DNA of 64,000 bases, taken from positions 695,419 through 759,418 of the forward strand of contig DAOORK010000001.1 in NCBI GenBank assembly GCA_035389185.1. The letters run 5' to 3'. The position numbers and the translations under genes were made by a program. The DNA is from Candidatus Woesebacteria bacterium. GTDB taxonomy: Bacteria > Patescibacteriota > Microgenomatia > UBA1400 > MFAQ01. The notes beneath the pieces are model-generated. The model worked only from the letters and a program-made list of their open reading frames with translations. It was not told the DNA's origin and ran no database searches. Positions 38,850 through 48,446 of this stretch are shown in pieces; the stretch's first letter is position 1; each line of letters begins with the position of its first letter.

Positions 38850-40187
38850 TTATTTTTTAGCAGATAAACGGACATCGATGCGTTCCATATCGCGGGGGAA
38901 CATAGAAGCTTCACGAATATTTTTGAGTCCGAGAATGTACATAGTGACTCTCTCAGCTCCTAAGGCAAAACCGCCAAGCTGGGGCGAACCGTATTTAAAA
39001 GCTTGAAGATAAAGTACATTATCTTCTTCTTTAAGACCCCATTCCTTAACGTTTTTCAGAATACTTTGGTAGTCGTTGAGTCTCTGGCCACCGGAGGACC
39101 ATTCAACACCTCGGCAAAGTAAATCAACACTAAAAGCATATTCAGGGTCTGCCGGATCCGGGTAAACGTAGAAAGGTTTCTTCTTGGTGGGGAAATGAGA
39201 AACAAAAACGAGGTCTGACTCTTTTTCTTCTTTGGCCCAAGCACAAATTTCTCTTTCATCTTCCGGAGCAAAATCTTTTTCTCCACGGCAGTCGCGACCG
39301 GTTCTTTGGAAGATAATTTCTTGCGCGTCATGCAATTTTATTACGGGGAATTTATCCTTTGCCATCAAAGGAATGGTAGCACCGAAAAGAGATAACTCTT
39401 TCTGACACTTTTCACTGACCTCTTTGAAGATGAAACGGACGACGTATTCTTCCATTTCGAGAACATCTTCCCAGGAGTCTAGAAAATTAAATTCGGCGTC
39501 AAGACTGGTGGCCTCGGTGAGATGACGAGTGGTGCTAGATGGCTCGGCTCTAAAAATCTGATTGACACTAAAGACTCTTTCGAAGGCAGTAGTGAGGAGG
39601 GACTTGTAAAGCTGAGGACTTTGGGAGAGAAAGGCTTCGCTGTCGAAGTATTTGACCTTAAAAACTTCAGCACCGCCTTCGGGAACGGAACTAATAATCG
39701 AAGGAGCTTGGAACTCGAGGAAATCGCGAGCGATCATGGCCTTGCGGAAGGCCTCGATGATGATAGCCTGAACTTTGAAGATTGCTTGTATCTTGGGGTG
39801 ACGGAAGGTGAGAGAACGATAATCGAGGAGAGTAGAAATATCGAGATCGAGATCTTCTTTACTCATGTCGAAGGGCATCTCAGCGGAGGAGGCTAGTATG
39901 GTGAGTTTGGTGGCTTCGATTTCGATCTTGCCCGTATCTAAATCGAGGTTAATATTGTTTTGAGATCTTTCCTTAACTGTGCCTTCGATTTCGATGGTAT
40001 CTTCGGTTCTTAAGCTTTTGGCAGAGGTGGCGATTTCGCCCCAAAAGACTATCTGAACAATTCCGCTACGATCACGAAGATCGATAAAGACAACTTTGCT
40101 GTGGTCACGTTTGGTGTTAACCCAGCCTTTGAGGGTCACTGTTTGTCCAATCTTGGTGACGGTGTCTTTAATGAGTGTTCGTTCCAT
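38850..40187 (-). CDS. aspS: Aspartyl-tRNA synthetase (short archaeal/eukaryal-type class IIb)
   Basis: N-terminal OB fold, AspRS-specific flipping loop QSPQLYK, and motif 2 FRAEPSSTTRHLTE. 445 aa. Confidence 0.8.
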   Translation of the reverse strand: MERTLIKDTVTKIGQTVTLKGWVNTKRDHSKVVFIDLRDRSGIVQIVFWGEIATSAKSLRTEDTIEIEGTVKERSQNNINLDLDTGKIEIEATKLTILASSAEMPFDMSKEDLDLDISTLLDYRSLTFRHPKIQAIFKVQAIIIEAFRKAMIARDFLEFQAPSIISSVPEGGAEVFKVKYFDSEAFLSQSPQLYKSLLTTAFERVFSVNQIFRAEPSSTTRHLTEATSLDAEFNFLDSWEDVLEMEEYVVRFIFKEVSEKCQKELSLFGATIPLMAKDKFPVIKLHDAQEIIFQRTGRDCRGEKDFAPEDEREICAWAKEEKESDLVFVSHFPTKKKPFYVYPDPADPEYAFSVDLLCRGVEWSSGGQRLNDYQSILKNVKEWGLKEEDNVLYLQAFKYGSPQLGGFALGAERVTMYILGLKNIREASMFPRDMERIDVRLSAKK

Positions 40188-40232
40188 GTGAATTATTATA
40201 TAGTTAATATGATCTTGGATACATATTTGTGT

Positions 40233-41564
40233 TTAAGGGTAGGGTAGATGATCATATAATCTTGGAAATAGAAATGCATCGCGAATGTGTGGAAGCTTTA
40301 GTAATGCCCTGAGAAGTCGTTCAACCCCCATACCAAAACCACTCCGAGGAATATTACCAAAATTACATAATTCCACATACCATTGAATTTTTTGTTTTTC
40401 AATTTCTGTAATATATTTTTTTTCATTTATTCTTGTTAGTAGCTGTGAACTGTCTTGAATAAATTCTGCTACACCCAATATTTCTCCGTAACCGCCAGGT
40501 AATAAAAGATCGGCCGTTTTTGTAAATCTATTATCTGATTCCATTATTTTGTAAAGAAATGGTTCGACTTTTGCTGGCATATTGGTTACAAAAACAGGTT
40601 TGTTGTATTTGCTTGTAATGATTGTTTCGGCTTTTTCATTAAGGCTTTGGCCAATTTCGATATCTATACCTTCAGATTTGAGAATTTTTAAGGCTGATAA
40701 ATATGAGATTTTAGGATATGGAGGCTTGAATTCTTGTACGTTGATACTAATATTTAGGTTATTGAGATCTACTTGTGAAACAGTGTTTAAATTATTGACT
40801 AGAAAAAATAACATATTTTCAATAAAATTCATCATATCTTCAAGTGAGCAAAATGCGGCTTGACACTTTAGGTGATAAAACTCAGGATTATGTCTTGGAC
40901 TTTTACTTGATTCTCGTCTGAAAGCGGGTGTGATTGTGTATACCTGTTCAAACGTTGGTACCATTGCTCCAAGATAAAGGCCAGCACACTGTGAGAGGTA
41001 GACTTTTGTCCCAAAATAATCGGTATTAAATGTATTATTGTTGTCGTATATATTTGTTTGTGTAAGTATTGGAGTGTCGACTTCGATAAACTGATATTTC
41101 TTAAACCATTCTCTGAGGATAGACAACATTTGGTATTTTATTACGAATACAGAACGAATTTTTGAGTTTCGAATATATAGATGTCTTTTATTTAAGATTA
41201 GTTTTGAATATCGTTTTTCGAAAGGATTTACCAATGATCTTGGAGAAGGTTCCAGTTTAGGTGAGGCAGTACCAATAATTAACATACTAATAATCTGTAT
41301 TTCTTGTTTGCCCTTTTTGGTTGTATTGTTCTTAGTTACACCATGCACCTTTACAGAAGAATCAATCGTAATTTTTGATATTTGAACATATTCGTTGTTC
41401 GAGACAGAATCTTTTAATACAATACTGTCAATACTGCCTGTGGAATCTTCAAGCTCAAAGAAAATTATTCCACCATGATCTCTCTTGTTTTTTATCCAAC
41501 ACAGAATTTCAACATCAGTATTTGTCTGTAAACCAAAAATATGTTTAATAAAGAATGTTTTCAT
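40233..41564 (-). CDS. asnS: Class IIb aminoacyl-tRNA synthetase paralog, AsnRS-like, compositionally atypical (low GC, N/K-rich)
   Basis: N-terminal OB fold. YLSQCAGLYLG resembles the AsnRS YLTQSSQLYLE loop rather than AspRS QSPQ. Motif 2 is FRRESSKSPRHNPEF and motif 3 is GFGMGVERL. The nucleotide sequence is markedly AT-richer than its neighbours. Confidence 0.6.
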   Translation of the reverse strand: MKTFFIKHIFGLQTNTDVEILCWIKNKRDHGGIIFFELEDSTGSIDSIVLKDSVSNNEYVQISKITIDSSVKVHGVTKNNTTKKGKQEIQIISMLIIGTASPKLEPSPRSLVNPFEKRYSKLILNKRHLYIRNSKIRSVFVIKYQMLSILREWFKKYQFIEVDTPILTQTNIYDNNNTFNTDYFGTKVYLSQCAGLYLGAMVPTFEQVYTITPAFRRESSKSPRHNPEFYHLKCQAAFCSLEDMMNFIENMLFFLVNNLNTVSQVDLNNLNISINVQEFKPPYPKISYLSALKILKSEGIDIEIGQSLNEKAETIITSKYNKPVFVTNMPAKVEPFLYKIMESDNRFTKTADLLLPGGYGEILGVAEFIQDSSQLLTRINEKKYITEIEKQKIQWYVELCNFGNIPRSGFGMGVERLLRALLKLPHIRDAFLFPRLYDHLPYP

Positions 41565-41661
41565 GTCTGTTTTCGCCCTGATTAAGTATAACGCTACTTT
41601 GTTTAAACTTAGGATAGAGTAGTGACAAAATAGACTTATAAGTGTAGAATATGCCGTTAAG

Positions 41662-43506
41662 ATGATTGAAAACGAGTGTTGTTTAAGACCAGGAGTAAGT
41701 TTTGAAGTAAAAAGAGAGGAATTTTCTGTGGGTTTGACAGAAAAAGAACGACTGGCATTGGAAATTGCAGCAGAAATTCATAAGGAAGATATCAGAAGGA
41801 CGACGGGAGAACCTTATGTAAATCATTGCATGGCTGTAGCACAAATTCTAAGGCAATGGGGGGCAGATGAGGAAATGGTGATTGCGGGACTTTTGCATGA
41901 TACTTGGGAGGACCACCCGGAACTGATTTCACTAGAACAGATTAGAGATATGTTTGGAGAAAGAGTGGCGCTTTTGGTAGACGGAGTGAGTAAGTTTAAG
42001 TCTCCGACAGGGAAGGACAATGATTTTGAAACACTTCGAAAAGTAACCAGAGAGACTTTGGTGGAACCTGGTGTGGCGATGATTAAGCTAGCGGACCGTT
42101 TGCACAACATGCATACGATGGAGGATGGTCCAAAAGGAAAAGGATTCTCAGAGGAAAAGAAGATGGCGAAGGCAAAGGAAACTTTGGCCGTTTATGTACC
42201 CATGGCTGAGTCGCTTGGATTATGGCAAGTGAAAAATGCTTTGGCGGACATTTCCTTTTACTACCTAGAGCCAGAGAGATATAAACAAGTAAAAGAAAAA
42301 ATTGATTCTGATCCAAGGCTGGAGAAAAATTTTATTGAGGGAACTGAAAAAGCGATTGCGACTGCTTTGATTGAGGCTGGTATTGCGGCTGAAGTAAAGC
42401 ACGAGGTGGGTGGCTACTGGGAGTTAGCAGAAAAGCAGAAACGATCAGCAATGAGAGCCGATAGCAAGCCAAAGGAATTTGCGGACATTACCGATGTGGT
42501 CAGTTTCCGAGTAATTATTAAAGATGAAGAGAACTTGGCACAGTGTTATTTGGCGATGGGGGTAATTAGAAATAAATATAAGAACTTACTGGTACAAAAT
42601 CGGAGTGACGATTACCTAGTGAAACCGGCAGTAAATGGCTATAGTGCTTTCCATGATACGTATAAAGTCAATGAAGGAAATATTGAAGTCGCTTTTACGA
42701 CAAGAAAAAGAGAAAACTTTAATAACTGGGGGGTGGCGAGTATCGGTCAGGAAGAATTAATGAAAGACCCAGATTCTTATAAACGAAAGATGATTTTTAC
42801 TCCAAAAGAAGAGTTGGTGTTTATGGAGCCTGGAGCAACAGGAATTGATGTGGCCTACAAACTAAATCCTTTACTCGGATTAAGAGCCGTGGCAATTAAA
42901 GTAAATGGAGAAGTGATAAGCCTTGACAAAATAATCCCTAACGCTGGAGTAGTGGAAGTGATCACTGATCAACACCAAACGTACCCTAACGTAGACTGGC
43001 TCGGCTTTTGTAATCCTGAAACAAGGAACACAATTGAACAGCAAATGAGAATTGCCGAACATGATCAGGAAGTGAACAGGGGAAAAGAAATATTAGTTAA
43101 TCAGGTATTGAAGGAGAGGGGAATTTTGGCGATTGAGGATCTGGATCAGGATGTGGTTGATAAGCTATTGGTGGACTTGGGGTGTTGGTTTGGGATTGAC
43201 GATCTATATTACAAGGTAGCATACGGATTGGATCCGGAAGTGGTATCAAAGAAGCTTGATGAGATGAAGATTGGAAGAGGAATGTTTACCACGATATTAG
43301 TTCAGGGGAGAAACAGAATTGGCGTATCTGAAGAAATTGCCGGAATAATTGCCAAGCACAAGGGTGATGAGAGAAGTAAGGTGGAAAAGGTTAATAGAGA
43401 AGAGAACTTTATGATTCGAGTTTTGATAACGGTGGATTACCAAGGAAAGAAAGAAATTGAAAGAGAACTGCGAGAACGAAAGTTTACTAGTTGTATGGTG
43501 GTCTAG
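41662..43506 (+). CDS. rel: Bifunctional (p)ppGpp synthetase/hydrolase, RelA/SpoT homolog (HD + synthetase + TGS)
   Basis: HD hydrolase motif HDTWEDH, synthetase-domain motif DDYLVKPAVNGYSAFHDT and a TGS-like region. 614 aa. Confidence 0.8.
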   Translation: MIENECCLRPGVSFEVKREEFSVGLTEKERLALEIAAEIHKEDIRRTTGEPYVNHCMAVAQILRQWGADEEMVIAGLLHDTWEDHPELISLEQIRDMFGERVALLVDGVSKFKSPTGKDNDFETLRKVTRETLVEPGVAMIKLADRLHNMHTMEDGPKGKGFSEEKKMAKAKETLAVYVPMAESLGLWQVKNALADISFYYLEPERYKQVKEKIDSDPRLEKNFIEGTEKAIATALIEAGIAAEVKHEVGGYWELAEKQKRSAMRADSKPKEFADITDVVSFRVIIKDEENLAQCYLAMGVIRNKYKNLLVQNRSDDYLVKPAVNGYSAFHDTYKVNEGNIEVAFTTRKRENFNNWGVASIGQEELMKDPDSYKRKMIFTPKEELVFMEPGATGIDVAYKLNPLLGLRAVAIKVNGEVISLDKIIPNAGVVEVITDQHQTYPNVDWLGFCNPETRNTIEQQMRIAEHDQEVNRGKEILVNQVLKERGILAIEDLDQDVVDKLLVDLGCWFGIDDLYYKVAYGLDPEVVSKKLDEMKIGRGMFTTILVQGRNRIGVSEEIAGIIAKHKGDERSKVEKVNREENFMIRVLITVDYQGKKEIERELRERKFTSCMVV

Positions 43507-43513
43507 CGGAAAA

Positions 43514-44449
43514 ATGAGTTATATTAGTAATGGTTTGAATAATTTAGAAAGTCTAGTTAAATGTTTGGAACCAGAAAAGACAAAGCTAAATGAGCCGATG
43601 TCGGCGCATACTACTTTGGGTGTGGGTGGAGAAGCAGACATTTTTTATAAAACCGAAAATTCAGGAGACCTGGTTAAGGCGATACGACTGGCAAAATCTT
43701 TTCAAGTACCTGTTACCGTGATAGGAGAAGGAAGCGGAGTGGTGTTTGGTGATTTGGGAATTGAAGGGATTGTGATTAGAAGTAATAGCAAGAGAATTCA
43801 GATTAAACCGATAAGAAGTTTTACGGATATATTTATTAAAAAGGAAGTAAAGAAAATGGAGGTAACAATTGATGGAGGTATGGGGACGCAAATGGCATTG
43901 AAGGAATTGGATGGAAAAGGAATAGTGGGCTTGGAGTGTATGAAGAATTATAGAGGAAGTATCGCGGGGGCTGTCTTGGATGGTTTGGGAAGAGAGTTCC
44001 TGAAAAAAATATCCATCATTGATGTTCATGGAGGAGTGAAAACAAAGACGCCGGGAAAAAATGTCGAAGGCAGTGTGATTGTGGATGCGACGTTTGTTTT
44101 ACGATCAGGTGTCCAAAATCAGAAATTGAAGAAGCGCGGTGAAAAAATAAAAGAGAAAAAGCAAAGTCGATCGGTATCAAAAGTATTTGAGGATTTGCCA
44201 GAAGAAGAAGTGAAGATTTTGGGATATCCGACGGGGAATCCAGCGTATTTGATCGGAGATGTTTTGAATATGAAAGATTTTAGACTGGGAAAGATGAAGA
44301 TTTCGAGGAGCGATGCAAACACAGTGGTTAATCTGGGAAAAGGAACAGCAAAAAATTATGTACAGTTGGTGGAAGAAATAAAAAACAGGGCACGAGATGC
44401 TGTGGGAATCGAACTAGCAGAAAATGTGGTGCGATTGGGAAAGTTTTGA
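43514..44449 (+). CDS. murB: UDP-N-acetylenolpyruvoylglucosamine reductase MurB
   Basis: FAD-binding N-terminal region (MSAHTTLGVGGEAD) and MurB C-terminal domain. Start moved to ATG 43514 to avoid the overlap with rel. Confidence 0.75.
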   Translation: MSYISNGLNNLESLVKCLEPEKTKLNEPMSAHTTLGVGGEADIFYKTENSGDLVKAIRLAKSFQVPVTVIGEGSGVVFGDLGIEGIVIRSNSKRIQIKPIRSFTDIFIKKEVKKMEVTIDGGMGTQMALKELDGKGIVGLECMKNYRGSIAGAVLDGLGREFLKKISIIDVHGGVKTKTPGKNVEGSVIVDATFVLRSGVQNQKLKKRGEKIKEKKQSRSVSKVFEDLPEEEVKILGYPTGNPAYLIGDVLNMKDFRLGKMKISRSDANTVVNLGKGTAKNYVQLVEEIKNRARDAVGIELAENVVRLGKF

Positions 44450-46782
44450 ATTACAATAGCCTCATGGCGTATGACTTTAAAGAGACCGAGAAAAAATGGA
44501 TAGATAGGTATGATGGTTTTGCTGGTTTTCACGGAATTGACTTTGAAAAGAAGGAGAAAAAATATATATTGGTGGAGTTTCCCTACCCTTCGGGATCTGG
44601 ATTGCACGTCGGTCATGCTTTTTCGATGACGGGGGCGGATGTCTATGCTCGATTCCAGAGAATGAAAGGATTTAATGTGATGTTTCCTATGGGTTGGGAT
44701 GCTTTTGGACTGCCAACTGAGAATTATGCAATTAAGATGGGACAAAAACCACAAGCTGTTACAAAGGAAAATACAGATAAGTTTAAGGAACAGATGAGGA
44801 GACTTGGATTTTCTTTTGACTGGGATAGATTGGTGGATACAACTGACCCTGATTATTACAAATGGACTCAGTGGATATTTACTAAATTGTTTGAGAAGGG
44901 GTTGGCACACAAGGAGGAAATGGCGATTAATTGGTGCCCATCTTGTAAGATAGGTTTGGCCAATGAAGAGGTAGTTGATGGAAAATGCGAGCGTTGCGGA
45001 ACGGAAACCGAGAGAAGAATAATCTCACAATGGGTGGTGAAGATTACGGATTATGCAGAGAGGCTTTTGGATGGATTGAAAGACACAAACTTTATAGACA
45101 AAGTTAGAGCGGCTCAGACGAACTGGATTGATAAAAGAGTAGGAGCAAAAATCCGTTTTGATGTCAAAGACTCTGAGGAAAAGCTCGAAGTATTTACCAC
45201 GAGACCAGATACCCTTGAGGGTGTGACCTTTATGGTGATTGCCCCTGAACATAAATTGGTTGGTGGGGTACTTAATAATCCAGGAGTGAAAGAGTATGTT
45301 GCCGAGACGAGAAAAAAGAGTGAGATGGAGAGAACAGAACTTTCAAAAGAAAAGACAGGTGTTTTCTCCGGCCTGTACGCTATAAATCCAGTGACACAAA
45401 AAGAGATTCCGATATGGATTGCTGACTATGTACTTATTTCTTATGGAACAGGTGCCATTATGGCAGTACCAAGCCATGATGAGCGGGACAAGGCTTTTGC
45501 AGAGAAGTTCGGACTGGAAATAAATCTTGAATATACTCCTGATGAGAAAATGATCGAAAAAATTGTAGAAAAAGGGGTTGGAGAGAAGTCGGTAAATTAT
45601 CACTTGAGAGACTGGATTTTTAGTCGTCAGCATTACTGGGGTGAGCCAATACCCATGATTTATTGCGAAAAAGATGGCTGGGTGAGTGTACCTGAGGAGC
45701 AGTTACCAGTTAGATTGCCCGAGATTGAAAAATATCAGCCAACTGATACGGGCGAATCGCCTTTGGCGACAATGACTGACTGGGTGGAAACGCCCTGTCC
45801 AGTGTGTGGTGGAGAAGCCAAGCGGGAGACAGATACGATGCCTAACTGGGCAGGAAGCGATTGGTATTTCTTGCGTTACGTCGATCCAAATAATGATAAG
45901 AAATTGGCTGACATGGAAAAGATGAAGTATTGGATGCCTGTGGACGTATATGTGGGAGGGGATGAACATAACACACTGCACTTACTTTATAGCCGATTTA
46001 TTTATCAGTTCCTTTGGGATTTGGGAGTAGTGCCGAAAGAGATTCCTGAACCGTATGACAAGAGATTGTCTCATGGGGTGATCCTTGGACCTGATGGAAA
46101 CAGAATGAGTAAGAGCCACGGTAATGTGGTGGTTCCGGATAGTGTGGCTGATGTTTATGGGACCGATGTGTTGCGAACATACATGATGTTTATGGGACCG
46201 TTTGACGCAACCATGGCTTGGAACGAGAGATCTTTGGTTGGGGTGAAACGATTTATAGAAAAACTATATAACTTGGTTGTTGACCAGGCAGGTAAAAATG
46301 GAGATGGTGATTTGACGGCTCCAAAAATCGTACAAAAGCTGATTAAAACTGCTAACGAGGATGTTTCCAGATTCAAATTTAATACGGTTGTGGCCAAACT
46401 AATGGAGACTGTCAATGAGCTGACAAAAAGTAAGGCGAAAGTATCAGACAGTGATCTAAAAAGTATTGTAAAGATTCTGGCTTTGTTTGCTCCTTTTGTG
46501 GCAGAAGAATTGTGGTCTATCTTGGGCGGCCAGTTTAGTGTACACACTCAGGAATTTCCTGTGTTTGAAGAAAGATATTTAGAGTCTGAGGGAATAACAT
46601 ATTCAGTCCAGATCAATGGAAAATTAAGAGATCTATTGGAAGGAGTAGACCCTGAGGCAAATGAGGAGGAAGTGCGAACAAAAGCAGAGTCTTCGGAAAA
46701 AGTACAAAAATATCTAAACGGAGGAAGTGTGATTAAGGTGATTTTTGTTCAGGGGAAGACGATTAATTATGTGATAACATAG
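44446..46782 (+). CDS. leuS: Leucyl-tRNA synthetase
   Basis: PYPSGSGLHVGHAF (HIGH) and RMSKSHGN (KMSKS) motifs, CP1 editing domain and zinc motif. 778 aa. Confidence 0.9.
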   Translation: MNYNSLMAYDFKETEKKWIDRYDGFAGFHGIDFEKKEKKYILVEFPYPSGSGLHVGHAFSMTGADVYARFQRMKGFNVMFPMGWDAFGLPTENYAIKMGQKPQAVTKENTDKFKEQMRRLGFSFDWDRLVDTTDPDYYKWTQWIFTKLFEKGLAHKEEMAINWCPSCKIGLANEEVVDGKCERCGTETERRIISQWVVKITDYAERLLDGLKDTNFIDKVRAAQTNWIDKRVGAKIRFDVKDSEEKLEVFTTRPDTLEGVTFMVIAPEHKLVGGVLNNPGVKEYVAETRKKSEMERTELSKEKTGVFSGLYAINPVTQKEIPIWIADYVLISYGTGAIMAVPSHDERDKAFAEKFGLEINLEYTPDEKMIEKIVEKGVGEKSVNYHLRDWIFSRQHYWGEPIPMIYCEKDGWVSVPEEQLPVRLPEIEKYQPTDTGESPLATMTDWVETPCPVCGGEAKRETDTMPNWAGSDWYFLRYVDPNNDKKLADMEKMKYWMPVDVYVGGDEHNTLHLLYSRFIYQFLWDLGVVPKEIPEPYDKRLSHGVILGPDGNRMSKSHGNVVVPDSVADVYGTDVLRTYMMFMGPFDATMAWNERSLVGVKRFIEKLYNLVVDQAGKNGDGDLTAPKIVQKLIKTANEDVSRFKFNTVVAKLMETVNELTKSKAKVSDSDLKSIVKILALFAPFVAEELWSILGGQFSVHTQEFPVFEERYLESEGITYSVQINGKLRDLLEGVDPEANEEEVRTKAESSEKVQKYLNGGSVIKVIFVQGKTINYVIT

Positions 46783-46787
46783 TTTAA

Positions 46788-47519
46788 ATGATTAAAGATA
46801 AAAACTCGATTTACGCTCCCATTTTGGTTTTCCTATTGGTGGTTGCCTCTTTCTTTGTAGGACGTTTATCTTCTCAAGTGTCCCAGATGAAAGATGGAAA
46901 AGGAACTGGTACTGAGACAACAGCGACACCGACAACGACAGAGTCAAAAATATCGGTAAAAGCCTTAAAAGAGATGGCAAAAGGATTCGGTGTGAACGCG
47001 AGTAAGTTTAATAAATGTCTGGACGATGGTACTTATACGGACAAGGTTGCAAAAGAAGAGAAGGAAGGTCAAGATTTGGGAGTAACCGGAACTCCTTCAT
47101 TCTTCATCAACGGCATAATGATTGTGGGATCTTTGCCCCAAGCTGATTTTGAGAAAGTGATTGACGCTGAGCTGAAGAATGGTACTGGAGATAAGGTGAA
47201 ACTTGACTCTACCGGTGAAACACCAAAGAGATTGAAAAACTTGTCATACGGAACTGGATACATCAAGGGAAACAAAGACGCAAAAATTAAGATAATGGAG
47301 TACACAGATTTTGAGTGTCCTTATTGCAATCGATCATTTTCCACCATTGAAGCGGTTTTGGCAAAGTATGGTGATCAGATTAGTTTGGAGTATCGCAGTT
47401 TCCCCTTATCTTTCCACGCTAACGCTAAAAAAGCCGCTGAGGCGGCGTTGTGTGCCGGTGATCAGGGGAAATTTTGGGAAATGCACGACAAGATGTTTAC
47501 AGTGATGGCGGGAGAGTAA
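46788..47519 (+). CDS. DsbA-like thioredoxin-fold thiol-disulfide oxidoreductase, membrane-anchored
   Basis: N-terminal TM helix and CPYC active site (FECPYCNR) in a DsbA-type domain. Confidence 0.65.
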   Translation: MIKDKNSIYAPILVFLLVVASFFVGRLSSQVSQMKDGKGTGTETTATPTTTESKISVKALKEMAKGFGVNASKFNKCLDDGTYTDKVAKEEKEGQDLGVTGTPSFFINGIMIVGSLPQADFEKVIDAELKNGTGDKVKLDSTGETPKRLKNLSYGTGYIKGNKDAKIKIMEYTDFECPYCNRSFSTIEAVLAKYGDQISLEYRSFPLSFHANAKKAAEAALCAGDQGKFWEMHDKMFTVMAGE

Positions 47520-47558
47520 AAATAGCTTTGGTGAGGGAAATGCGGTAAAATATGCCTT

Positions 47559-48446
47559 ATGAAAAAAGTATTGATGGGACTTGCTATTTTGCTGGTTGTT
47601 TGGGGTGTGTTTTTAACACCAAAAACTCTAGCAGTAGCTGAGGAAATTACGCCCCAAATTGAAACTGTTGAGACGGCAACACTGGCTGCCGAAACGGTGC
47701 CAGTTAAAGAAATTGACTTAACTGTACCTACTCAAGAAGGTGACCGATTAACAAAACTCTTAAATGGTCAAAAACTTTCCGGATGGTGGGGTAAAGATGT
47801 GTTGAAGATTGCTATGCGAAAAGCTGTATCTGAAGGAGTGTCTCCAAACACTTTAGTATTACTCTTCTTATTCCCTCTTGTGGCCGCTTTGGTGGCTTTT
47901 TCCCGTCAAGTTGTAGGTGTCTCTGGATTTGGAATAATTACTCCAGCATTACTTTCGGTGGCTTTCTTGTCTACTGGAGGATTGGTAGGTATGGTGTTGA
48001 TGATTTTTATCTTGGGAGTAGCCACTTTTGCCAGATCACTTATTAAAAAAATAAAGATTCCTTATCTATCCAAATTGGCAATTTTAATCTGGATTATTTC
48101 AATGGCAGTACTGGTTTTACTTCTGGTGTCACCAATGATTGGACTTGAAAGACTTATGAGTGTAGGTATTTTTCCGATTATGCTGTTTGTACTTTTGGCC
48201 GAGACTTTTATCGAAGCTCAGATCACCAGAAGCGTATCTACTTCTATGTGGATGACAATCGAAACAGTTATTTTGGCTTTGGTGGCTTACAAGTTATTGA
48301 GTGCTCCCTGGATTCAGTCTCAAGTGATACTTCATCCAGAAATTTCTGTAATTGTAATTTTGATTGTCGACCTTTTGATTGGTAGATATAAAGGTTTGAG
48401 ATTATCTGAGGTTTGGAGATTTAGAAAAATTGTATATAGAAAATGA
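47559..48446 (+). CDS. Signal-peptide-bearing 7-TM membrane protein (7TM_transglut-like, no transglutaminase domain)
   Basis: Cleavable-looking signal peptide, ~90-aa extracytoplasmic segment, then seven hydrophobic helices. Overlaps the ATP-grasp gene by 4 bp (atga). Confidence 0.5.
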   Translation: MKKVLMGLAILLVVWGVFLTPKTLAVAEEITPQIETVETATLAAETVPVKEIDLTVPTQEGDRLTKLLNGQKLSGWWGKDVLKIAMRKAVSEGVSPNTLVLLFLFPLVAALVAFSRQVVGVSGFGIITPALLSVAFLSTGGLVGMVLMIFILGVATFARSLIKKIKIPYLSKLAILIWIISMAVLVLLLVSPMIGLERLMSVGIFPIMLFVLLAETFIEAQITRSVSTSMWMTIETVILALVAYKLLSAPWIQSQVILHPEISVIVILIVDLLIGRYKGLRLSEVWRFRKIVYRK

